Origin: Paramoeba atlantica | Taxonomy: Eukaryota > Protista > Discosea | Direction: 5' to 3' | Assembly: GCA_977017575.1 (NCBI GenBank) | Contig: CDRNVI010000071.1 | Location: forward strand, 251,929-315,928 | DNA length: 64,000 bases | Part shown: one piece after another, positions 31,679 to 40,051 of the stretch | Position numbering within the stretch: position 1 is the stretch's first letter | Layout: each line of letters opens with the position of its first letter | Made by a program: the position numbers and the translations under genes | Notes under the pieces: model-generated | What the model was told of the DNA's origin: nothing | Seen by the model: only the letters and a program-made list of their open reading frames with translations | The model's database searches: none

Positions 31679-33979
31679 TCAAAAATCCATGAAAAAATCC
31701 AAATTTGATCCACTGTCAAGTCGCCGAGTTGCTTTTTTAAAATCTGGTGACGTTTTGCGCGAAGAGGCTTTAATCCGCCCCGGTGCGGGATGGCTTACTG
31801 ACGTAGCGGTGATTTTGGAAGTGACTGACGTGCTCAAGGGTTTATGGAGAATTTGCTTACTGACGTGATGAGTGGTTGCCGGCGTACGCATGGAAGCAAC
31901 ACGGTCTCTACGGTGTACGATAGGACGCAAGTTCGACGCTTCTGTCACACTTTTTCCGGATGCATAACCGTTGCCTATACTTTCTCGCCGCAAAGAATTA
32001 AGTCGCTTTTCTAAGTCGAGCTGCGTAACAGGCGTTTCTCGCTTTTCGGGCATAACTTCGGCTTTTGATGGGATTTGAAAAGTGATATTTTTCGATGAGT
32101 TAGATGCCATAGCGGGCGATGTCGTCTTTACTTTACGAATCTCGCTGGGACTGCGGAAAAGAGAACGAGCCGTGCTTATGGCTTGTGCTCGAAATGCAGA
32201 AGGAGAAGCTGATGCCTTGTTCTTGCAAATTGAATTCTTCTCTGGCAAAGCAGATTGTAGCCCAGCACCGACTTCAGGAGTCCGAGACAGGCTTGCAGCA
32301 GGGGGGGTCGGCGGTGGAATAGTAAAGTTGAGTTTAGGGGCATCCTTCTTTAAATTGTACGGTGGAACCACGGGAGCACCCGGGCATTCGATACAATCAC
32401 TTAATTTGTTTTGTTGCACGGATTCGAGCGATGTATCACACTTTGACTCTAGAAGTGCTGGACTTCGGATTCGCTTCTTCGTATAGTCAGAGACTTTGAT
32501 TGTGGGTACATGTTCTGTGAGTACTGACATTGCATTCGACTTCCCCAAACGTTTTTGAAGGATTTCTAGACTTTTCTTAACCTCACAATTTGCTTCCAGT
32601 GCGCTACGCTGTATGTTAAAGTTGCCTTTATAAAGGATAAGGCTTTCATGCTCCTCGTTTGAAATTTGAACACGTTCCTGAAACTCGCGTGAGAGCGTAA
32701 AGCTCACCTGGTTCATGTATTGCAGGGAAGACTGTGCTATCCACTCACGACAGTGCTCCTCTTCGCATCTCAGCCCAAACAGAATTCGCTGCATCTCTTT
32801 TTCCCTTCGCACTTCGCGCTTGCGTCTCAGCGCATCGCAATGTTTCTTGTGACAATTTAATTCAATTTTCTGCTGGGCACTATATTCTTCTTCCAATGAC
32901 TTCAGTTTCGCACTGCAATTTATAACAGCCTCTTGTTTATTGAATACATATCGCACGATGTGCAATAACTTTTTAGCGTTTTCAAAAGAAGCCTCCTGAG
33001 CTGTGCGAGAACTGTTGCATAGACCTCCAATTTGTTTTGACCATTTTTCTAGCACGCCTGACGTTAGCACTTTGTTAATCGTGTTCTCGAGAAAGATCAT
33101 CTCCTCATGACAACAGCTTTTCGTCGCCATCAAACTTTTGCAACGCTCTTCTTCGTGCGCGAGAGCCGTCCGTAGACAAAGCTGTTCATCCCTTTTCCCT
33201 TTAAGAGAAATCTCGAGATCTGCAATGTCCTCCTTTTTCAAAGTTCGTCTCTCAGGAAAATTTGAAATAAATTTTTGAAGGGGAATAGACTCACTCTGAA
33301 TGAGGTTAATTTCAGGGTAAATTACATCAGATGAAGAGAACTTATTTTCAGCTTTCACAGCGCCCCTCTCATTACCCTCGTGTAGGACCAATATAACTTT
33401 GTCAATTTTCCCCAATTCTTTATCCAAACCGTCGTTTCGGACCTTTTGCCTGTGCAGAGCTTCTGTGACACGTTTCACGTCGCACGTAAGAATAAGCTGA
33501 CTAAATTTCAACACCTGTAAATATTTAACAGCTTCAATAATATCTCTACGCTTTTCTTCCGCTCGGTGGTACTGCATTTTTTGATTTTGAATTTGAGACT
33601 CCAATTCCAAGGCAGAAAAAATCGTCATTATGTGCTGCACACGAGCTTCAGCGTTAGCTCGTAAGCTTTCAATGGAAGAACATATATTATGTGCTGCCTC
33701 GTCTTGTTCCATATGTACACTCAACTGCAGCTCCAACTTTGTAAGACTTTGCTGAGTCCGTTCACTGGAGAGCTTATTGTAATATATTCCCTCTTTAAGC
33801 TCATTACCTTTGCAGCATAGCTCTTCATGTAGATCCTGTGCCTTAAACAGAGCCTCACGAAACAGGCGGTTGAGGTTTCGAGACTTCAGTTCAATTTCTT
33901 CTTGAACCGCAGTTTGAGCAGCGTTTTGTTGCAGCAGACTGGTAGTACACTGTTCTAAAAACTGGAAACTGTTTAACAT
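31679..33979 (-). CDS. Hypothetical coiled-coil protein, 766 aa
   Basis: Long ORF, E/K/Q/L-rich N-terminal two thirds, low-complexity C-terminus. Confidence 0.78.
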   Translation of the reverse strand: MLNSFQFLEQCTTSLLQQNAAQTAVQEEIELKSRNLNRLFREALFKAQDLHEELCCKGNELKEGIYYNKLSSERTQQSLTKLELQLSVHMEQDEAAHNICSSIESLRANAEARVQHIMTIFSALELESQIQNQKMQYHRAEEKRRDIIEAVKYLQVLKFSQLILTCDVKRVTEALHRQKVRNDGLDKELGKIDKVILVLHEGNERGAVKAENKFSSSDVIYPEINLIQSESIPLQKFISNFPERRTLKKEDIADLEISLKGKRDEQLCLRTALAHEEERCKSLMATKSCCHEEMIFLENTINKVLTSGVLEKWSKQIGGLCNSSRTAQEASFENAKKLLHIVRYVFNKQEAVINCSAKLKSLEEEYSAQQKIELNCHKKHCDALRRKREVRREKEMQRILFGLRCEEEHCREWIAQSSLQYMNQVSFTLSREFQERVQISNEEHESLILYKGNFNIQRSALEANCEVKKSLEILQKRLGKSNAMSVLTEHVPTIKVSDYTKKRIRSPALLESKCDTSLESVQQNKLSDCIECPGAPVVPPYNLKKDAPKLNFTIPPPTPPAASLSRTPEVGAGLQSALPEKNSICKNKASASPSAFRAQAISTARSLFRSPSEIRKVKTTSPAMASNSSKNITFQIPSKAEVMPEKRETPVTQLDLEKRLNSLRRESIGNGYASGKSVTEASNLRPIVHRRDRVASMRTPATTHHVSKQILHKPLSTSVTSKITATSVSHPAPGRIKASSRKTSPDFKKATRRLDSGSNLDFFMDF

Positions 33980-34111
33980 AATATGGTGTATGTACTAAAA
34001 AAGAAAGTCAAGATACGATGAAATTCATTGAATCAATTACATCCATGATTCATTTAATTCATAATGATATTATGAATTATTACACGTGAATAGCCAAAGT
34101 GCAACATTGTG

Positions 34112-34840
34112 CTACGTGCATGCGCGCATGTTTTCGACATACTCTTCGTATAGCTCTGAAAGAATTTTTCGTAGCAGGAAAGGGTTTAAACCCATGACCC
34201 CTTCTCTAGAGCCCTCAAGACGAACTACACACTTTTCCAAATCTGCATCCTCAATTACAAACCCACCACTACATTGCATGGATACCCCTCTTGCCAATAG
34301 AGTTTGAATAGTAGCATTGGGAATATCTCCGAAATGAACGCGATTTATGTCTTGAATGTATCTTGCACTACGCTGTTCATCAGAAGACTTAAAATTGTGC
34401 ATACCATTGAGATCAACTCTTTCGACACACATCCCACCAATTGTTTCTAGAAAGCTATTTCGATAATCACTAAGAAATTCTTCGTTTTGATTGCGGTCCA
34501 AAGGTTTTTCACGAATCACGCCTTCAAAAACAGTAACTTGATCCCCAGTGACAAGGAAAACGATGTTATCACCATGTAATTTTCTTTGACCACTTGATAA
34601 TTCATTTCGCAATATCTCCTTTACAGCGCTCAATTTTGCATAGCTAATCATTTTTACCAATTCCTCAGCACTATCACTGCGAATCAGTTTCTCGTTTATA
34701 TTGGGAGAAATGCATTCTATAGCGGGAATCTCTTCCAATGTAAAATGCTGACGAATAATTCCAAGACGAAAAGGTGAGCTAGACCCTAGAATTAGTTTTA
34801 ACTTGTCGGGGACGTTTACTCCATGTGAAGATTCCGCCAT
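34112..34840 (-). CDS. Maf-family nucleoside-triphosphate pyrophosphatase
   Basis: LILGSSSPFR, INEK, AKL, GDQV, IREKP, SGGFVIE, EGS..VMGL. ATG at 34840. Confidence 0.9.
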   Translation of the reverse strand: MAESSHGVNVPDKLKLILGSSSPFRLGIIRQHFTLEEIPAIECISPNINEKLIRSDSAEELVKMISYAKLSAVKEILRNELSSGQRKLHGDNIVFLVTGDQVTVFEGVIREKPLDRNQNEEFLSDYRNSFLETIGGMCVERVDLNGMHNFKSSDEQRSARYIQDINRVHFGDIPNATIQTLLARGVSMQCSGGFVIEDADLEKCVVRLEGSREGVMGLNPFLLRKILSELYEEYVENMRACT

Positions 34841-34930
34841 GACACAATGAATTAATATCTGCTTCAAAAAATTATTTTAAGATTATTTTTTTGTACTACT
34901 CCCTAAACCCCCGCCCATATTTTAAGAATT

Positions 34931-35075
34931 TTTAGGTTCTTCGTTAAGCGCGGCGACGTAATGGGTAGAGAATACGTCTCCAACCACACCATTTTTCCGA
35001 CACAAAAAGACTCCTTTGAGTCCGAAAATTACTTTTTCACCTTTTTCGGTCAAAAATGGGTCATTTTGGGAGGCG
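34931..35075 (+). repeat. Repeat family B, internally deleted copy
   Basis: The left hairpin arm is joined directly to acgtaatgggtagagaatacg..gggtcattttgggagg. Confidence 0.75.
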
Positions 35076-35130
35076 CCCTCGTATCAGAAGAATTAATAAT
35101 TATTCGTTTATAACCTACGTTGCATTTAGA

Positions 35131-35510
35131 CTCTTCGTTAAACGCGGTGGTTGTTTTCAACTTAGAAGTCACTCATGCTGCGCGCTTCGCGTTGAAAACA
35201 ACCACCGCGTTTAACGAAGAGCCCAAAAAAGAAAATTTTCTTGGAAAGCTGAAGAAAACGGAAAGATTATGGCCAAAAATAGCCGATTTTCGGGTAAAAA
35301 TGGGATCTTTTTTGTGTATTCTTGCTCTCAGAGCGCTAAATCTGATATTTGCGTGTGGGAAATCACTAGTACGCGTGAAGTAAAGCCTACTGAACGTAAT
35401 GGGTATATAATGCTACTCCAACCACACCACGCTTTCGACACAAAAAGGCCTCTTGGGGTCCAAAAAATACATTTTTGCATTTTTTAGTCAAATGTGACGT
35501 TTTGGGAGGC
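35131..35510 (+). repeat. Repeat family B, copy with a perfect 31-bp stem and 29-nt loop hairpin (35131-35221)
   Basis: ctcttcgttaaacgcggtggttgttttcaac is the exact reverse complement of gttgaaaacaaccaccgcgtttaacgaagag. Confidence 0.88.
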
Positions 35511-35826
35511 CTACCACGGCTCGAAGAAGGGATATCTTGCGAAAACAATGGCGTAGAAAGCTAATACCCAGGGTAAAGTGGACGAGGGAGATACCAAGTG
35601 TAGGTGCGGAGGTTTCCACAGGACAAATGGCATCTCTACCTTTATAGGCGTTTGTCTTCATGCCATAAGGGAGATACCGTATTTCCTGTGGAAACCTCCG
35701 CACTACACTTGGTATCTCCCTCGTCCACTTTACCCTGGGTATTAGCTTTCTACGCCGTTGTTTTCGCAAGGTATCCCTTCTTCGAGTCGTGGTAGGCCTC
35801 CCAAAATGTTACATATTTGACTAAAA
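35481..35826. repeat. Fold-back palindrome P2 (about 345 bp) with GGAGATAC sites
   Basis: About 165-bp arms around a loop of about 12 nt; the outer arm overlaps the end of repeat B. Confidence 0.9.
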
Positions 35827-35845
35827 AAAGCCAAAAAGCCGACTT

Positions 35846-35895
35846 TTCGTTGAGTACTCAACGAACTTCCTGATTTTCGTTGAGATCTCAACGAA
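35846..35895. repeat. Two 20-bp perfect palindromes, 30-bp period
   Basis: ttcgttgagtactcaacgaa and ttcgttgagatctcaacgaa. Confidence 0.85.
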
Positions 35896-35919
35896 TCTAC
35901 CCCCAACCCAATTTTTTTT

Positions 35920-37672
35920 TACCATTTGTTTCGCCAAATTGGATTTTTTTTTAAAACATTTTTCCGAAAAAATCCGAACTTGGCGGACCCGTCCTGTGGA
36001 TACGCGGGGGGGGGGTCACCCCCGGGTAGGGGGGTGAAAAATGCGCGTCAAGACCCCGGCTACCCCTTCTGAGGTTCTTTTTCGAAAAATATTTTTTTGC
36101 AAAAAAATTTGCTCGACCATGACCCCCCCCTGGACCCCCCTTTTTTTTCAATTTTTTTTTCCCGATTTTTTTGAATTTTTCAGTTTTGGACCACCGGAGC
36201 CCCCTTTTATATTTTTTTCTTCTATTACTGTGCCCCCCCCACTTATAGTGCCGCGGTTTTCGACCAAACGGCACTATAAGTTGGGGGTGCACTGTGTTTC
36301 AGTTCGATTTTATTAAAGTCCATTTATTTTTCACAGAGTACATTTTTTTCAAAATTGGTACATTTGTTGGTGATTCGTGACGAAGAAGCACTGCCCCCTA
36401 TGCTTACCTTCCTCCCGCGCATGCCCCGAGATGCGCACGGCACTCGTCATCGATTAAGAGCGACTTAACTCCTATAAGACACTCGCAAAACTTCATAAGC
36501 TTAACCCCTGGTCCATCATTGAAACTTTTTGCTTTTTTCCTGAAGATTAACCGGAAACGTTTAAGAATACCTTCCGGGACTACAGTAAAGTAAACACTTT
36601 TGGTCAAGGAGGCTAAAGGGCATATGACTGAATACTACAGATTACTTTGCACTCCTTTTCCACGTTTTCTGATCTACTTTACTACTGTTCTTCATCCGAA
36701 ACATTCGAAAAAATACATCCAAAAAAGTTGTAATTAGCTTTTTTAACCCCTACCTGGCTAGGGGGGGTAGAGGGTCGCTCGAGTGAAAAGGAACTCGGAT
36801 TCGGAACGATTGGGTCGAAAAACAGTGGTATACCAAATATTTCCAAAATCGGACAAATTACAAGACCTGTAGGGGGGGGGGTAAAAGACGGTGAACACCA
36901 CTGTAGCTTTCTACGCCGTTGTTTCCACAAGATACCCCTTCTTGAAACCGTGACGGTGAAAGTGAAGCATTATTTCACATAAAAAATATTTTGTTTCGTT
37001 AATTTTTTTATGTGTTCTAAGTGTTGCCTTATCATATTTTACGGGCACTGAAAGTATTTTTCTGACATTTGTTTACATACAGCTGTACTTTTTTCGCGGT
37101 GACGGTACGTTTGATAGTGGGAAAGAAGCGCGACATAATCGGCTGAAGTTCGGCGCAGAAATTGTGAAAAGTAAGCTAAAGAGAGGAAAACATGAAGATT
37201 ATGCCCTCCGTCGCCTGTTTTAGCACCTCAAATGACATTGCGAGAACGTAGAAATCGTTCTAGAACAAGGGCAAGAGAGTTAATTTTTTCTTTTTTACTA
37301 AAATAGGGCGATAATAAATGTTTTAAAAAAAGTATGAAATAATGCTTCACTTTGACCGCCGTGACACGTCTCCAAAATGACGCCCCCCAAAATAGGTGTC
37401 CTGGCAAAACCAGGCAAAACGTGGCAAAACCTGGAAAAACCCGGCAAAACTTAACAGGTTTCAACCCTCTTACTCTACCTTTTTGGTCAAAAGAAATAGG
37501 TCAATTTTTCTGACATTTGTTTTTCAAAACGGCACTTTAAGTGGGGGGGTACCCCGCGGCACTATAAGTGGGGGGGCACAGTATATTACTGTGTTCCTCC
37601 TTATATTTTCACTGTTTTTGTTCACTTTTTCAATAATGGAGGGTAGAGTGGTAGTTATACAACCACCGCAAT
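35920..37672 (+). repeat. Repeat family C, copy 2, interrupted by a 1354-bp TIR element
   Basis: 35920-36227 plus 37582-37672 is colinear with 7940-8311. Confidence 0.85.
36228..37581. mobile_element. Non-autonomous DNA transposon, about 29-bp TIR CTGTGCCCCCCCACTTATAGTGCCGCGG, TA target duplication
   Basis: Filled site cttctatTA[ctgtg..cacag]TAtattactgtg versus empty site cttctatTAtattactgtg at 8215-8233. Confidence 0.92.
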
Positions 37673-37685
37673 AAGGGAACACTAA

Positions 37686-37758
37686 TTAAGGGAAGTGTAG
37701 TTGGCAGACGGTGGGCCTTATAACCTGCAGGATGGGAGTTCGATTCCTGCTATCGACA
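37686..37758 (+). pseudogene. Degenerate tRNA-like head (A/B boxes)
   Basis: A-box-like aagtgtagttgg, CTTATAA at the anticodon-loop position, B box GTTCGATTC. It ends ATCGACA, as does the 16572 element. Confidence 0.55.
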
Positions 37759-37759
37759 A

Positions 37760-38107
37760 AACTCGCAACCTGGCGGCCTCACTACAAAGGGAAAGCGATC
37801 AGGAGTGCCTTCAAGGCCCACACCGAACCCCGCTCCCCTGGAGTAACGACCCGGAACCGCAGAGCTGAACCAGGCTCCAGCGCAGCCGCTAAATTGCAAG
37901 CTGCTTACACAAAGGAGGCTTGAGATACAGCCTACACGATGCAACGGGGTTAGACGCCCGTCCTGGTAGCTACGGTTGGGTAGCCGTGCTCGGGCCGCAA
38001 GGCGTCCAGTGCCGTCTGGGAAGGGGGTAGCAAGACGATGAAGGTCGGTGACCTGAGACTCTACCCTAACGGTTGGCGCTGCATAGCCCTCCGTGTCTTC
38101 TTTTTTT
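37760..38107 (+). ncRNA. Candidate structured ncRNA of about 340 nt ending in an oligo-T run, family unknown
   Basis: GC-rich island with hairpins aggct/agcct, gctac/gtagc, ggcc-GCAA-ggc, cgtct/agacg, aggtc/gacct and a long-range helix cagcgc-agccg/cggtt-g-gcgctg, then TTTTTTT. Confidence 0.5.
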
Positions 38108-38142
38108 GAAAATCATTTTCCCTTAATCAGTGTAAATCTTAG

Positions 38143-38331
38143 CCCAGGCTAAAATGGAACGGGGAGATACTAAAGGCAGCTTTGAAAAACCACCACAAAC
38201 TGGAACGGTATCTCCCGTTAAATATTCTTTTGTTACATTAGAATGCTCTACAAACCGGGAGATACCGTTCCAGTTTTGTGGTGGTTTTCCAAAGGTGCCT
38301 TTAGTATCTCCCCGTTCCATTTTAGCCTGGG
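38143..38331. repeat. Fold-back palindrome P3 with four GGAGATAC sites
   Basis: About 75-bp arms and a loop of about 37 nt. Confidence 0.9.
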
Positions 38332-38439
38332 TCTAAAAGTGCTTCTGTTGAAAAAGGGGCGGAGTCGGAGGAGGAATATTTTTCTTATGTTTTTCGGAGC
38401 ACAAATGCCGTGATAGCCTTCTATACTAGGTCCCAAAAT

Positions 38440-38768
38440 ATTGAAATACAGTAGGGCAGACGATTTTGGAAAAATATTTTTCTTGCCATTTTTTTCGCGA
38501 AGTTGATATTTTTTTGAAAAAAAAATCTGAAAACCGAACTTGGCGGACCTGTCCTGCGGATACGCGGGGGGGTCACCCCCGGGCATGGGGGTGAAAAATA
38601 CGCGCCAAGACTCCGGATACCCCTTCTGAGGGTTTGTTTCAAAAGGGAAGTGTTAGAGTATGCCGCGGCGATGATTTTTCACCCCTCCACCTGGGGGTAC
38701 CCCCCTAGTACACGCAGGAGTTATTAATATTTTGTTTTTCAATTTTGGACCGCCGGAGCCCCCTTTTA
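38440..38768 (+). repeat. Repeat family C, copy 3 (3' truncated)
   Basis: Colinear with 7925-8210; it breaks at ggagcccccttttaTA. Confidence 0.8.
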
Positions 38769-38966
38769 TACCGGTGTAACGGTTATTAGGGATAAAAGTA
38801 ATTAAGGCAGAACGAATTTAAAAATTAAGTATTGCCTTAATTAAAGTTGCCATAATTAAAGTTGTCTTAATTTTAGAGCGGGGGGGCACGCGTCTGTGGT
38901 GATCGGCAGAATATGGCAGAAATGGGCAATAATCTGCTGTTAATGAGCACTAGCGGAGAAAAAAAG

Positions 38967-39659
38967 TCACATGTAGAAAAAAAAAGACCAGCCGTTTACT
39001 TTCAACTTTCCGTTCACGCACTCCGTGAGGAATTTCCTTTTTTCTTCCCGATCGTCGTCTTCAATTCCTAGTCTGTTAGCTCGACACTTTAGTTCAACCT
39101 TTAACTGGTTGTTCATGCTTTCTACGGTGTTCGTAGAAACACCTTCGCTCGTAACCCACTCTACTCGGTGGTTTATAAATTTGTGGTTCACAAGGGAACC
39201 GAGTGCCAATCTCGCACGCCATCCGTCAGTCTTGACCACAGTGCGCGTCCCAGCGGCCAAATGCAGCACATGGAGCGTCATTGTAGACTCCGATCGATTC
39301 GCTAGGCTCTTTACAAACACTTCCTGTGCCTGATCGGTCACATTAGTTACCACCAAAGTGTGGAACCATCGATGGCCCTGCTTGCGCACGGCATGGCTGC
39401 GATTACATCCCCCCCTCTTCACCTTACTTGTACAGGTCTCATCTTTTTGCATATAATTGACGGTTCCTCCTGCATTAAGCCAACGAATATCGTGAGCTTG
39501 TGACACTAATAATATTATTTCTTGAGAGAAACGAGTAACGGTCTTGACGTTCACCTTTGCTTCGTTAACAATAAACTTGTGTGGCAATGCTTCTGCTATA
39601 CCGTACGCCGTCTCCGTTTGCTGAACAAGGGTCCTTCCTTCCAGAATTTCGCTCGACAA
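38967..39659 (-). mobile_element. Merlin/IS1595-family DDE transposase, probably 5'-damaged
   Basis: QKDET..KVKRGG, HRWF, LANRSESTM, VKTDGWRA, HKFINH..WVTSEGVSTNTVESM..QLK follow the IS1595/ISXO2 pattern with D, D and E present. The ORF starts at TTG just after in-frame stops. Confidence 0.82.
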
Positions 39660-39744
39660 GCGTGTCTATCAGTACAAAGCCAGTAGTTCCCTTTCTGTTG
39701 CAACTTCCTCTATGTGACAGGATTTCCGCTTCGCGGGGCATTTT

Positions 39745-39851
39745 TTTTTGGACCGGAAGTATAAAAGGGGGGTGCTGATTTTTCGTCTGGATGAAAACGG
39801 AAGCATAAAGGTGGGGGGTGACCCCCCTGAAGCATAAAGGGGGGGTGACAG
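39745..39851. repeat. Solo TIR end related to the 5740 MITE
   Basis: gaagcataaagggggggtgacag|TA with internal gaagtataaaaggggggtgctgattttt (cf. 5783-5812). Confidence 0.7.
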
Positions 39852-40051
39852 TATTTACTAGATTAGAAAGATCGTCAAAAAACAGAGAAAAGGAATAAGA
39901 ACGATAAACTATCCATTTCCTCCGAAATTACATATTTTTTATATTTAGAGCTAAGTGAATTTTGATTAAGAAGTCTTTTTTGTTTGGTACATGCAAATCT
40001 TAGCGATAATAGAAATCAAAAAACAAAGCTCAGCCTTTTTTCTAAGGCCAT

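Larger units (their letters stand above)
37680..38131 (+). mobile_element. TIR-bounded cassette carrying a Pol III-type promoter and a structured RNA-like body
   Basis: acactaattaagggaa (37679-37694) versus ttcccttaatcagtgt (38118-38133), 15/16 inverted match. The right end is followed by TA; the left is preceded by AA. Confidence 0.6.

Noticed and set aside
36300-37230. Coding remnants inside the 1354-bp TA element
   Set aside because: Only short frames with stops and no transposase motif that I could recognise.
16572-37758. The four A/B-box elements as functional tRNA genes
   Set aside because: Acceptor and T stems do not pair adequately in any of them, so they are reported as tRNA-like only.
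38061-38070. CTACCCTAAC as a telomerase RNA template
   Set aside because: It is not a clean 1.5-repeat template, and it lies about 35 nt from the terminator, leaving no room for the downstream domains.
37994-38090. SRP helix 6/8 or group I intron core resemblance in the structured RNA
   Set aside because: The GNRA hairpin is present, but the SRP AGG/AGCA loop lacks an inner stem and the group I P7/P8 geometry does not fit. A covariance-model search is needed.
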